Source: Candidatus Multivoradales bacterium
GTDB lineage: Bacteria > Acidobacteriota > Thermoanaerobaculia > Multivoradales > JAHEKO01
Direction: 5' to 3'
DNA length: 64,000 bases
Assembly: GCA_965248055.1 (NCBI GenBank)
Contig: CBDFIJ010000004.1
Location: 64,001 to 128,000 of the forward strand
A model generated the notes under the pieces. That model was not told where the DNA came from and did not search any database. It saw only the letters and a program-made list of their open reading frames with translations. The translations under genes were made by a program, and so were the position numbers. Shown piece by piece: positions 30,412 to 40,763 of this stretch (the first letter of the stretch is position 1; every line of letters starts with the position of its first letter).

Positions 30412-30709
30412 CCGCTCTGAACGGCAGGTCAAGACGATCCCTGGTAGCGAGAAGTCGAACGACTTCCACAGCCCATGTGGAACACCCAGCCCACTGCGAC
30501 TCGTTTGACTTTTGGGGAGTCGCTCTAGAGCAGTCGGCTAGCCTACTCGACGGCCCAATAGCTGTGTTGATTGATGTTTTAGGGGAGCCGGGGCAGGCTA
30601 CCGAGGCCCCCCCCTCCCAATAGCGGAGCAAATGATGTTTTTGGGGGAGTCGCTCCAACGCCGATGGCTATGCCATCGGCATCGACCGACGACCTCATTC
30701 GGCACCGAA

Positions 30710-30795
30710 TGGTGCCGGAGGGGGGAGTCGAACCCCCACACCCTTGCGGATAACGGATTTTGAGTCCGTCGCGTCTACCGTTCCGCCACTCCGGC
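30710..30795 (-). tRNA. tRNA-Leu (CAA)
   Basis: GCCGGAGTGGCGGAACGGTAGACGCGACGGACTCAAAATCCGT...GTTCGACTCCCCCCTCCGGCACCA; long variable arm, encoded CCA. Confidence 0.97.
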
Positions 30796-30806
30796 AACCG
30801 AGCGGA

Positions 30807-30835
30807 ATCCTAGAAGCGGGGAGGGGGAGTGTCAA
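30807..30835 (-). promoter_or_regulatory. tRNA promoter
   Basis: TTGACA-17 bp-TAGGAT on the minus strand. Confidence 0.7.
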
Positions 30836-30897
30836 ACCCGATTTTTGCCGAAGCTGAGGAAGTTGACGAGAGTGCATCTGCCAGAGCCAGGGTGGAG

Positions 30898-30926
30898 TTG
30901 ACATTTGTTGTTTTTTGAGTTATAAT
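30898..30926 (+). promoter_or_regulatory. Consensus sigma-70 promoter of carD
   Basis: TTGACA-17 bp-TATAAT. Confidence 0.85.
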
Positions 30927-31044
30927 GACCCCCTTAAACGTAAGAAAGCAAAAGACTTACGTTCTGACTAGAGATATTCCTCTACCGGTCGTTGGGGTCA
31001 AGTTTCCCAACTGGTCGGATCAGCGCAATCAAGGGAGTCGGTAG

Positions 31045-31638
31045 ATGGCAACATACAAAGTAGGGCAGAAAGTGGTGTACCCAAGCCACGGCGTGGGAGT
31101 GATCGACAAGGTGGAGAAAACGACGTTTGATGGGGTTGATGAAACGTTTTATTTCCTGCGTCTGTTTTCCAATGAGACGATGGTGATGATTCCGAAGCAG
31201 AATCTGGAATTGGTGGGGCTGCGCAAGCTGTGCTCGCGCAAGGATATTCGGGATCTGTTGAGTCTGCTTGAGGACGGCAACATCGACACTTACAAAGACT
31301 GGAAGGGTCGCTACAAGCAGAACCTGGACAAGATGAAGACCGGCGAGTTGGGTGAGGTGGCCCGGGTGCTCAAGAATCTACGTTTGGTGAGTACCAAGAA
31401 GAGCCTGTCGTTTCGGGAAAAGAAGATGTACGAACGGGCCAAGTACTTCATCGTCAGTGAAATCTCTCACGTCAACCGGATCGCTGAGGCGACGGCGGAG
31501 GCCAAGGTGGAAGAAGCACTGGAAACGACCATTACCAAACGCGAGCGTAAGCTGAAGAGAGCGGAAGCGAGAGCGGAAGCGAAAGCAGCCAAAGAGGAAG
31601 CAGCAAAAGCGGAAGCCAAAGCAGCGAAGGCGAAGTAG
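31045..31638 (+). CDS. carD: CarD-family transcription factor with Ala/Lys-rich tail
   Basis: YKVGQKVVYPSHGVG, WKGRYK, LSFREKKM. Confidence 0.9.
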   Translation: MATYKVGQKVVYPSHGVGVIDKVEKTTFDGVDETFYFLRLFSNETMVMIPKQNLELVGLRKLCSRKDIRDLLSLLEDGNIDTYKDWKGRYKQNLDKMKTGELGEVARVLKNLRLVSTKKSLSFREKKMYERAKYFIVSEISHVNRIAEATAEAKVEEALETTITKRERKLKRAEARAEAKAAKEEAAKAEAKAAKAK

Positions 31639-31643
31639 TACCC

Positions 31644-31970
31644 TTGCCGAGAATCGTCGTTTGGATAGCGCTGCTGACAATCGCTTGGTGGTGGTTGCGG
31701 GCTAAGGCGCCTGCGAGCACCGCTCGAAGAGGTCGTTTCGGCGGCGCAACCGGACAGCGGGGCATGGGCCCGAGAGGGTCTGGCGAAGACTTGATTGCCT
31801 GTGCGACCTGTGGCGTCTACTTGCCACGTCAGCGAGCCCTGACGGAGCTCAGTGGGGCGTTCTGTTCTGCCGAGTGCCGAGATCATGTGCCGGAGAAGCC
31901 AAGCAACGACCCAGACCGCACCACCGATGCTCATCGCCCAGAGTCGAATCGGGAAACCGGAACCCAGTAA
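31644..31970 (+). CDS. Small membrane-anchored Cys-rich protein (PP0621-like)
   Basis: N-terminal TM, CATCGVYLP, FCSAEC. Confidence 0.6.
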   Translation: MPRIVVWIALLTIAWWWLRAKAPASTARRGRFGGATGQRGMGPRGSGEDLIACATCGVYLPRQRALTELSGAFCSAECRDHVPEKPSNDPDRTTDAHRPESNRETGTQ

Positions 31971-31981
31971 GCTGCTTCGGC

Positions 31982-34753
31982 ATGCCTTCTTCGGAACCGC
32001 CTAGCTCGTCCCAGCCAGTGCAGCCCCAGCCAGTGCAGTCTCAGGCAGTGCAGCCTGAGCAACTGACGCTCGATTCCGCATCAGAGTCGAGGGCCGATTT
32101 TGCAGATCCTCCGCAGAAGCCAACGCACAGCCAAAGATATGTCGCAGTAGCGGTGCCGGTACCCCATCTCGGGCCGCTGACCTACGCACTGCCGGAGCGA
32201 CTGCCGATTGCACCTCAACCGGGGATGCGTTGTCGGGTGCCCCTGGGCAAGCGGGCGGTGGAAGGCGTGATCGTAGAGCTGCTGGATACCGCGCCAGAAG
32301 GCATCCGGCTGCGAGCAGTGGCAGAGATTGTCGACCGTGAACCGGTGCTGTCGGCTGAGTTACTGGCACTCGGTCATTTCATTGCCGACTATTACTTGGC
32401 GCCGATCGGCGAAGTGTTGCGCTCAATGGTGCCCCAGGGAGTCTCGGCTTGGGGCAAGGAGAGAGTGCGGATTACTAACGCCGGTGCCCTGGCGAGTTGC
32501 GACGACGGTCGGTTGTTGGCGGTGTTAGACCTACTGCGCGACGGTAGCCCGCGCTCGGTCTCTGAACTCACCGCCGCGGCGACGCTGGATTTGCTGTGGC
32601 CGATTCTGGGCGAGTTACGGGAGCGCGATTGGATTCGCTACGAAGGGCGATCGGCCGACCGCGGCAGCCGCTTCGGCAAAGCCTACGAGCTGGTCGAAGA
32701 CGAACCGGAGGCCCTCTATCAGCGCTGCGGTCGATCGAAACCGGGGCGCCGCGCAATAGACGTGATGTTGTCGCTGCAGCGCAGTGTTACCCGCGAGGAG
32801 CTATTGGATGCGGCGGAGTGTGGGGTTGGGGTGCTACGCCGGTTGGTCAAGGTCGGGGTACTGCGGGAGTTTGTCGAAGTGCGTTCCTTGGACTTAGAGC
32901 GCCACCGGCTGAGCGCCGAAGCGCAGCCAGAGTTCGTACTCACTGCTGAGCAAGAAACGGCCTTGAGTGCGATTGTCAGAGCTCTGGATCATGGGGCTTT
33001 GGGGCTGGCAGCTATGGATTATGGGGCTTTGGAGCAGGTGGCCTTAAACCAAGGGGTTCACGATCAGGCGCCTCTGAATCAAACGCCTCCGGATCAAAGG
33101 AGTGCCCAAACACCCGATGCGAAACGCACAGACGCCAGCGTCGAAGATGACGCGGCGAACGAGTCCCAAGCCCGGTCCCAACCCGAGTCCCAAACCGATG
33201 TCCAGACTCCAAACGCATTCTTGTTGCACGGCATCACCGGCAGCGGCAAAACCGAGGTCTACCTGCGCGCCGCACAGTTCGCTTTGCAGCAGGGTAGGAG
33301 TGCCTTAATCCTGGTGCCTGAGATCGCCTTGGTGCCCGCGTTGGCCAAGCAAGTGCGAGCGCGATTTGGCGACTGCCACGCGATCCTGCATTCCGGGCTA
33401 TCGCGCCAGGAGCGGGCCCAGGAGTGGCAGCGCATTCGCTCTGGCGCCGCTCGGGTGGTGGTTGGCCCTCGCTCAGCGCTGTTTGCGCCGATGCCCTCCT
33501 TGGGCCTGCTGATCGTCGACGAAGAGCACGACTCCTCTTACAAGCAGGAAAATTCACCGCGCTACCACGGGCGGGATATGGCTTACGTGCGGGCGCAAGG
33601 GGTCGGCGCTACCTTAGTCCTGGGCTCGGCAACCCCGAGTATGGAGACCCGGTTCAACGTGCAGCGCAACCGCGTCGCGCTGCTGACCATGGGCAAACGG
33701 GTTGGCGGAGCGAGGCTGCCCGAGGGGCAAGTGGTCGATCTACGCGAGGAGCAACCTCCCCGTAGGCCGGGGGAGATCGTTTTCTCTCGGGCGTTAGTCG
33801 CTGAGTTGCAAAACTGCTTGGACAACAAGAAACAAGCGATCCTGCTGCGCAACCGCAGAGGCTATGCCCCGGTCTTGTTGTGTTCCGCCTGTGGTCATGA
33901 CCACGAGTGTGCGGAGTGTGGCTTGGCGCAAACCGTCCATCGCAAAGCTGGGTTGCTCAAGTGCCACTACTGTGGTGCCAGTCGACAGATTCCGGATCGC
34001 TGCGCTGACTGCAACAGCAACGCGTTAGAGGCGGTGGGAGCGGGCACCGAACGGGTGGAAGAGCAGGTGCTGGAGCTGTTTCCGAATGCCCGGGTTGAGG
34101 TGTTGGATCGAGATAGCGCGCGCGGCGCTGGTCTGCGAGAAATCCTGGAGCGCTTTGGTTCGGGCCAGCGAGACATTCTGGTCGGCACTCAGATGGTTGC
34201 CAAAGGGCATCATTTTCCCAACGTCGCCCTGGCGGCGGTGCTCAACGCCGATACCTACATCAGTTTTCCCGACTTTCGTGGCGTCGAACGGGCCTATTCG
34301 TTGCTCTCGCAACTGGCGGGCAGAGCCGGACGGGGAGAGGTGCCCGGCAAAGTAATCATCCAAACGCGCCAGCCGGACCACTACGCGATCCGAGCTGCCC
34401 TCCAAGCGGATGACCAGAAATTTGCTGAGCGCGAGATGCTATTCCGCGAGCGCTACAGTTACCCACCGTTTTCCCGATTGGTGGAAGTGGTCACCGAAGA
34501 CCGCAATCGTGATCGAGCCCGCGAGGAGATCGAATCGATTGCCCGCAAGCTGCGCCAGCAACCGACCGCCGAAAGGCTAAGAATTCTAGGGCCGCAGCCG
34601 CCGCCGCACGAGCGCATCGCCGGTCGTTGGCGCTTTCAACTGCTGGCGATGGGGTCCAATTCCAGGCTGCTGCGATCGGCGATCGCACAGGCGCTGCCAG
34701 AGCGTTCCAGCGCTCGGGTCGCGGTTGACGTCGACCCTTACCAGCTTTTCTAA
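31982..34753 (+). CDS. priA: Primosomal protein N'
   Basis: LHGITGSGKTEVY, LVPEI, VDEEHD, four CxxC, GTQMVAKG, QLAGRAGR, DVDP. Confidence 0.95.
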   Translation: MPSSEPPSSSQPVQPQPVQSQAVQPEQLTLDSASESRADFADPPQKPTHSQRYVAVAVPVPHLGPLTYALPERLPIAPQPGMRCRVPLGKRAVEGVIVELLDTAPEGIRLRAVAEIVDREPVLSAELLALGHFIADYYLAPIGEVLRSMVPQGVSAWGKERVRITNAGALASCDDGRLLAVLDLLRDGSPRSVSELTAAATLDLLWPILGELRERDWIRYEGRSADRGSRFGKAYELVEDEPEALYQRCGRSKPGRRAIDVMLSLQRSVTREELLDAAECGVGVLRRLVKVGVLREFVEVRSLDLERHRLSAEAQPEFVLTAEQETALSAIVRALDHGALGLAAMDYGALEQVALNQGVHDQAPLNQTPPDQRSAQTPDAKRTDASVEDDAANESQARSQPESQTDVQTPNAFLLHGITGSGKTEVYLRAAQFALQQGRSALILVPEIALVPALAKQVRARFGDCHAILHSGLSRQERAQEWQRIRSGAARVVVGPRSALFAPMPSLGLLIVDEEHDSSYKQENSPRYHGRDMAYVRAQGVGATLVLGSATPSMETRFNVQRNRVALLTMGKRVGGARLPEGQVVDLREEQPPRRPGEIVFSRALVAELQNCLDNKKQAILLRNRRGYAPVLLCSACGHDHECAECGLAQTVHRKAGLLKCHYCGASRQIPDRCADCNSNALEAVGAGTERVEEQVLELFPNARVEVLDRDSARGAGLREILERFGSGQRDILVGTQMVAKGHHFPNVALAAVLNADTYISFPDFRGVERAYSLLSQLAGRAGRGEVPGKVIIQTRQPDHYAIRAALQADDQKFAEREMLFRERYSYPPFSRLVEVVTEDRNRDRAREEIESIARKLRQQPTAERLRILGPQPPPHERIAGRWRFQLLAMGSNSRLLRSAIAQALPERSSARVAVDVDPYQLF

Positions 34754-34852
34754 CCTCTTTTTCTAGACCCTGTTTGAAGTGTCGTCGGCCCTTTTGCTAA
34801 GCGAAAATAGCGGGCTTTGACCGTTGGAACGGATTTTGCTAGCGTCGCTTTG

Positions 34853-35805
34853 GTGAGCACGCCTGAAACCGCATTCGAACAACCGCTGATTGAACTGCGC
34901 AGCCAACTCGAGGAACTTGAAAGCTATCCCGCTGACGCGCGCCGCGAAGGGGAGATCGCCCAATTGCGCCGCAAGCTGGAGCGCGAGTCTGAACGCGTCT
35001 ACTCCAAGCTCACGCCCTGGGAGACCGCGCTCACCGCTCGTCATGCAGCCCGCCCCCAGGCCTTGGACTACATTGAAGACCTGACCGAGGATTGGCTGGA
35101 GCTGCACGGGGATCGCGGTTTTGCCGACGATCCAGCGATTGTCGCCGGTTTTGCCCGCTTTCACGGTCGTTCGGTGGCCATTGTCGGCCACCAGAAGGGA
35201 CGCAGCACACAGCAACGCATCCACCGCAACTTCGGCCAACCCCGGCCCGAGGGCTACCGCAAAGCGCTACGGATCATGAAGTTGGCGGAGCGATTTGACT
35301 GCCCAGTGCTGACCTTTATTGACACCCCGGGAGCCTACCCAGGGATTGGTGCCGAGGAGCGCGGCCAAGCTCAGGCGATTGCTCACAATTTGGAACAGAT
35401 GGCGCAACTTAGGGTGCCGATCATTGCCATCGTCATTGGCGAAGGCGGCAGTGGCGGAGCGTTGGCTCTGGGCGTAGCGGATCGAGTTTTGATGCTGCGC
35501 TATGCGATCTACTCGGTGATCTCCCCTGAAGGCTGCGCGGCGATTCTGTGGAAGAACCAAGACAAGCGAGCTGCCGCCGCAGCGGCGATGCGCATCACCG
35601 CTCCAGACTTAGAGGGTCTGGGAGTGATCGACGGTGTGGTGCCCGAGCCAACCGGGGGCGCCACACCGATCCACCGACGACTTTTCAAGCAGTGTCTCAG
35701 GCGCTTCGCACCGCACTCGATGAGGTCGCATCCTTGACCACCGAAGAACGCCTGGAACTCCGCTATCAACGATTCCGCAAGCTTGGTGTTGTCGCAGACG
35801 CCTAG
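34853..35805 (+). CDS. accA: Acetyl-CoA carboxylase carboxyltransferase alpha, frameshifted near 35661
   Basis: [40 protein letters not shown]; conserved end RYQRFRKLG lies in another frame. Confidence 0.9.
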
Positions 35806-35822
35806 CTCTTCGCTGGTTCCCG

Positions 35823-37898
35823 ATGCCGTCTCCGAAAACGATTCGACTGGTACGCCGAGTGCTGCTGTTTTCTTTGATCGGGTTTGTCGGGGTGTTGGGA
35901 TTCCTACTCTGGTTTGGCCAGAGGAGAAGCACCGATCCAGCAACTTTGACCGTGCGCGAAACGGCTCCCGGTGAGATCGACGTCGACGTCACCACCGGGT
36001 TTGACTACACGATTTCCATTGCTGGCCATAAGTTGATGCGCATTCGAGCCGATCGAGTGGTGAGTCGTGGCGAGCGGGAAGTACACTTGGAGCAAGTCGG
36101 GCCGATTGAGCTTTACCGCAGCGACGGCAACACCATTTTTGTCAGCGCTGATCGCGGTTCGTTTGACTTGGAAAGTGGGTCTTCCAAGCTGGAGGGAAAT
36201 GTCGAACTGCAGGGCGCCGCAGGAACTTGGTTCAGTACCGACAGTTTGGAGCTCGCGGAAGAAGGCAAGGTGGTGCGCAGCGCCGGTGAGGTTCGTCTGC
36301 GCAAGGACGAGCAGGTCCGGGGTCGCGCCAATCGTTTTACCGCCAATCTACAAGAGAATGCCGTCAACCTAGTGGGGCGCGTGCGTTTTGACCTCGCCGG
36401 AGAAGGCGGCAATCTGCCCTATCGGTTGGAGGGAAGGCGAGCCACTTACTACTCCAATCGGTCGGAGTTTCGAATGGCTGGCGGAGTGACCTTGATCCAC
36501 GCTGATTCTCGATTGCAAGCCCGCGAGATGGCAGCTTTTTCTGGCACTGGCAAGGGTTTGAAATTGGTGCAGTTTCGCCGCGGGGTGACCGGCCACTGGC
36601 TGGAGCGACAAGCCGACGGTGGCGCAACACGCATGGACCTGATGGCGCAAGATCTGGACTTGGATTTCGACGACAACGGAGCTATCACCAAAACCCGGTT
36701 GCGACGGAATCGACCAGCGGAGCTGCGTCTCACCCAAGGCGCCAAGGAACAGTCACTGCGGGGTATCAAGATTGAGGTGCTGTGGCAGCAGGGCGAGCCG
36801 ATTTCCGGCACCGCCGAGCAGCAAGCGCAAATCGTCGAGCACACGCCAACCGGGGGGCGCAGTGCTTTTGGGGAGCGGGCGACGTTTACTTTCAATGCCG
36901 GCGATCTAAGCGAAATGAGGATGTCCGGCGCGGTCCGGGTTCAGGAAGAGGACGCAACCACCACCGGCGACTTAGCGACCTATAGCGCAACGAGTCGTTC
37001 CTTTGAAGTCAAGGGGAGTCCCGCCGAGACCACCTTTCCCAGCGGCAGCATGACTTCTCCCAAGATTACTTATGACGCCGCGACTAAAGTCGCGACCGCA
37101 GTTGCCACCGTGCGCGGCGAGTACCGCCAAGGTAGTGAACCTGGAATCTTGGGTGATGGTCCGGGACCGGCGAGGTTTGAAGCGCAGGGTGCAACTTGGG
37201 AACAAAGCACAGAAGCAGTCCAGCTCGACGGTCAAGCACGTATATGGCGCGAGCGCGACCTGATGATCGCCGACACCATCACCTCCTACTTGAAGCGGAG
37301 ATCGGTGGAAGCGAACGGCGACGTCCGCGTGATCATGGAACGAGTCGGCGACGACCCCAGCGCGGGACCGGTCGCCACTGAAGCGGCAGCCGACGCCATG
37401 CAGTATTTTGAAGCGGAGCGGGTGATTCATTTGATCGGTAGCGCGACCGCCCAACGTGAGGGTCGAACCCTGAGCTGTGGCAAGTTAGATGTGATTTTGG
37501 GTCCAGACGGGGACGTCGAGCGCATGAACTGCGCGGAGAGAACTCGACTGCTTGATCCAGTGGCGGGCCGCACGGTGGTGGCTGAGACTGTGGTTTATCG
37601 GATTGGCGATGAAGAAGCGCTGTTTACCGGTGATCCGGTGACCGCAACCGCAGACGATGGCAGCGTGGTGACTGGCAAACGACTGATCTATCGGTTGGCC
37701 ACCGGGGAAGCGATCATGGACGTCGGTCCGCAGGCCGCGGCTGAGAGCACGGCGCCAGAAGGCGCCCTAACAGAAGGCGGGTCCGAAGACGGAGAGGCCC
37801 CTGAATTGGAGCCACTCGGTGACAGCGAGGCGGTAGAAACTTCAAAGCCGACAGGCGACTCAGGTTCCACTGACCCGGTAACGGAGGAGCAACCGTGA
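35823..37898 (+). CDS. Long LptC/LptA(OstA)-like LPS transport protein
   Basis: N-terminal TM, repeated beta-jellyroll-like segments, immediately upstream of lptB. Confidence 0.7.
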   Translation: MPSPKTIRLVRRVLLFSLIGFVGVLGFLLWFGQRRSTDPATLTVRETAPGEIDVDVTTGFDYTISIAGHKLMRIRADRVVSRGEREVHLEQVGPIELYRSDGNTIFVSADRGSFDLESGSSKLEGNVELQGAAGTWFSTDSLELAEEGKVVRSAGEVRLRKDEQVRGRANRFTANLQENAVNLVGRVRFDLAGEGGNLPYRLEGRRATYYSNRSEFRMAGGVTLIHADSRLQAREMAAFSGTGKGLKLVQFRRGVTGHWLERQADGGATRMDLMAQDLDLDFDDNGAITKTRLRRNRPAELRLTQGAKEQSLRGIKIEVLWQQGEPISGTAEQQAQIVEHTPTGGRSAFGERATFTFNAGDLSEMRMSGAVRVQEEDATTTGDLATYSATSRSFEVKGSPAETTFPSGSMTSPKITYDAATKVATAVATVRGEYRQGSEPGILGDGPGPARFEAQGATWEQSTEAVQLDGQARIWRERDLMIADTITSYLKRRSVEANGDVRVIMERVGDDPSAGPVATEAAADAMQYFEAERVIHLIGSATAQREGRTLSCGKLDVILGPDGDVERMNCAERTRLLDPVAGRTVVAETVVYRIGDEEALFTGDPVTATADDGSVVTGKRLIYRLATGEAIMDVGPQAAAESTAPEGALTEGGSEDGEAPELEPLGDSEAVETSKPTGDSGSTDPVTEEQP

Positions 37899-38707
37899 GC
37901 GAACGGCCACCCAGCATCTTGGTTCCCGACTCCGCTGACCACGAGTTCGAGTCGGATCAGCCGGTGCAGGCAGATCGACCACCGGCTCGCCAGCTTCGCG
38001 CCGAGGGATTGAAGAAGGTGTACCGCGGCCGAGCGGTGGTCGACGGAGTCTCGATTGACGTCAAGTCCGGAGAGGTAGTCGGTCTTTTGGGCCCCAACGG
38101 GGCCGGCAAAACCACCATCTTCTACATGGTGGTGGGATTGACGCCGCCCGACGAAGGCAAAGTCTTTTTCGGCGACCAGGACATCACCGAGCTGCCGATG
38201 TACTTGCGCGCCAAGAAGGGCCTAAGCTACTTGCCGCAGGAACCATCGGTATTTCGTCGCATGACGGTGGAAGACAATCTACGGGCGATCTTTGAGACTC
38301 TCGATCTGCCGCTGGTCCAACAGCGCAGAAGGACCGATCAACTACTGGCTGAATTTGGCTTGGAAACGGTGCGTAAGACGCGGGCGATTGCACTCTCGGG
38401 TGGCGAGCGGAGAAGGGTCGAAATTGCTCGCGCGTTGGTCCTCGACCCGGCCTTCATCTTGCTCGATGAGCCATTTGCTGGCATCGACCCGATTGCGGTG
38501 CTCGATATTCAACGCATTATTTCGCACCTCAAGGAAATGGGGATTGGAGTCTTGATTACCGACCACAACGTGCGCGAAACGCTGCGCATCACCGACCGTG
38601 CTTACATCATCAGCGAAGGCAAAATTCTGTGTGCCGGCATTCCGTCTGAACTTTCGGCAGATCCAGAAGTGCGCAAGATCTATCTTGGGGAATCGTTTCA
38701 GCTGTAG
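37895..38707 (+). CDS. lptB: LPS export ABC ATP-binding protein
   Basis: [51 protein letters not shown]. Confidence 0.95.
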   Translation: MSERPPSILVPDSADHEFESDQPVQADRPPARQLRAEGLKKVYRGRAVVDGVSIDVKSGEVVGLLGPNGAGKTTIFYMVVGLTPPDEGKVFFGDQDITELPMYLRAKKGLSYLPQEPSVFRRMTVEDNLRAIFETLDLPLVQQRRRTDQLLAEFGLETVRKTRAIALSGGERRRVEIARALVLDPAFILLDEPFAGIDPIAVLDIQRIISHLKEMGIGVLITDHNVRETLRITDRAYIISEGKILCAGIPSELSADPEVRKIYLGESFQL

Positions 38708-38718
38708 GGCATGATCTG

Positions 38719-40185
38719 ATGGCACTGGAGCAAAGACTTTCCCTCAAGCTGGCGCAAAAGCTGGTGATGACCCCCTCCTTGCAGCAGGCGATCAAACTGC
38801 TGCAAATGACTCGTCCAGAGCTGCTGCAAACGGTTACCCAGGAGCTGGTGGAAAACCCGCTTTTGGAAGAGCTCGAGGCGGCGCTCGAAGAGGAAGGCGA
38901 AGAAGGGGTCGAGGCCAACACCGAGGAAACGACCGAGGCCGAGGATGCTTCTGACGCCGATCACGAGCAGGCAATGCAGGAAGCCGAGATGGAGTCCTAC
39001 TTTGCCGATCAATTCGACGGTACCCACTTTGAAGGATCAACTCGCGAGATACCAGAAGCTCCGCCGCTGGAGAACACCCTGGCCCGAGACCCGGATCTCT
39101 ACGACCACCTGCTGTGGCAGCTACATATGGCGGGTATTTCCCCCGAGCTTTGCCAGGTCGCCGAGGTGGTGGTGGGCAACCTGAATCCGGATGGATTTTT
39201 GATGGCGGATGAACACGAGATTTTGCAGACCATGAGTGGCGACGGCGGCGACTGTACGTTGGAACTGATCGCTGAAGCGTTGGAACTGGTGCAGTCTTTC
39301 GACCCTCCTGGAGTTGGCTTTCGCACGCTGCAGGAAAGCCTCGCCTATCAATTGGTGAAATGCGGAGAGCCGCCAGAGTCGACGGCGACGCGTATCGTCT
39401 CGGAGCACTGGTCGTTGTTTCTCAAGCGTCAGTTGCCAGCTCTGGCACGGGATCTGGGGATCAAACTGGCGGAACTCGAGCCAGTGATCGAGATCATCAA
39501 AGGCCTGGAAACGCGACCCGGCCGTCAGTTCAGCGCCGAGCGCACGCACTACGTTGAGGCGGACGTCTACGTGGTTAAGGTTGGCGGCGACTACGTGATC
39601 CAATTGAACGAAGACGGGCTGCCCAAGCTACGCATCAGCGGGGCTTATCGCAAGATGTTGATGGAAATGAAGCGTGCGGGATCGGAAAAGGACACGCAGG
39701 ACTACATTCGCGAGAAGATGCGGGGGGCAATGTGGTTAATCAAGAGTTTGGATCAGAGACAGCGTACAATCTACAAAGTGGCTGAATCGATCATCCGGCA
39801 GCAGCGTGCATTTTTTGATCACGGGCTGGACAAGCTGCGGCCGATGGTTCTGCGCGACGTGGCTGACGACATTGGTATGCACGAGTCGACCGTCAGTCGA
39901 GTGGTTTCCAACAAATACATCCACACTCCGCGCGGGTTGTTTCCCCTTAAGTTCTTCTTCCATAGTGGGATTGATCGCGACTATGGAGAAGACATTTCTT
40001 CCTTGACGGTCAAGCGCAAGATCTCCAAACTTATTGAATCGGAGAATCCCAAACGTCCGTTCTCGGACAGTGCTCTCGGCAAAGCTCTCAACCGTGAAGG
40101 AATCAACATCGCCCGTCGAACGGTAGCTAAGTATCGTGACGAACTACAAATCCCCTCCTCGACGGACCGTAAGCAGTACTTCTAA
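38719..40185 (+). CDS. rpoN: RNA polymerase sigma-54 factor
   Basis: MTPSLQQAIKLLQ, HESTVSR, RpoN box ARRTVAKYR. Confidence 0.97.
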   Translation: MALEQRLSLKLAQKLVMTPSLQQAIKLLQMTRPELLQTVTQELVENPLLEELEAALEEEGEEGVEANTEETTEAEDASDADHEQAMQEAEMESYFADQFDGTHFEGSTREIPEAPPLENTLARDPDLYDHLLWQLHMAGISPELCQVAEVVVGNLNPDGFLMADEHEILQTMSGDGGDCTLELIAEALELVQSFDPPGVGFRTLQESLAYQLVKCGEPPESTATRIVSEHWSLFLKRQLPALARDLGIKLAELEPVIEIIKGLETRPGRQFSAERTHYVEADVYVVKVGGDYVIQLNEDGLPKLRISGAYRKMLMEMKRAGSEKDTQDYIREKMRGAMWLIKSLDQRQRTIYKVAESIIRQQRAFFDHGLDKLRPMVLRDVADDIGMHESTVSRVVSNKYIHTPRGLFPLKFFFHSGIDRDYGEDISSLTVKRKISKLIESENPKRPFSDSALGKALNREGINIARRTVAKYRDELQIPSSTDRKQYF

Positions 40186-40205
40186 CCAACCAGGAGCTAT
40201 CGCAT

Positions 40206-40754
40206 ATGAACGTGGAATTCGTCGGTCGACATTACGAAATTGAGGATCGGGTCAAAGGTTATGCTGAGCAGCGATTAGCAGCCTCCGAGCGTTTCGCCGA
40301 CGAACCGATCCATGCTCATGTCGCTTTCACCCGTGAGGGTTATCGTTGTATCACCGACCTGCAGTTCTCCCATCGTGGTGGCAATCTGCACGCCACCGAA
40401 TCGGCAGACGACATGTTTGATGCCACCAACTTGGCGTTCGACAAACTCGACAAACAGTTGCGCAGAGCGAACAAGCGACGGGTAGACCGACGTCGGCGCG
40501 CCGATCACAAACGGGTCGAAGATGACCATTGGCCAGTCGATGTGGTCGGCGGTGATCAGTTGCGTTCAGGGGAAACAGAAGTGCTGCGTTCTTCCACTTT
40601 TGAAATTTGCGAGATGGATATGAACGCTGCGGTGGCTCAGCTGGAGACTTCGAAGAACCAATTCCTGATCTTCCGGCATTCAGCAACAGGCCAGACCACG
40701 GTTCTCTATAAACGCAAAGACGGTGACTATGGAGTGGTGTCTCCCGACGCCTAA
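40206..40754 (+). CDS. hpf: Ribosome hibernation promoting factor (long HPF)
   Basis: DKLDKQLRR, C-terminal VLYKRKDGDYG; follows rpoN. Confidence 0.88.
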   Translation: MNVEFVGRHYEIEDRVKGYAEQRLAASERFADEPIHAHVAFTREGYRCITDLQFSHRGGNLHATESADDMFDATNLAFDKLDKQLRRANKRRVDRRRRADHKRVEDDHWPVDVVGGDQLRSGETEVLRSSTFEICEMDMNAAVAQLETSKNQFLIFRHSATGQTTVLYKRKDGDYGVVSPDA

Positions 40755-40763
40755 GATCGCGCG

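Noticed and set aside
30696-30716. tRNA trailer complementary to the tRNA 3' end (GGCACC-ATTC-GGTGCC)
   Set aside because: Only a 6-bp stem; insufficient to claim a function.
30510-30795. Classical tRNA-integrated island with att duplication
   Set aside because: Only GGGGAGTCG is shared with the tRNA T-arm; no duplicated tRNA 3' end or integrase was seen.
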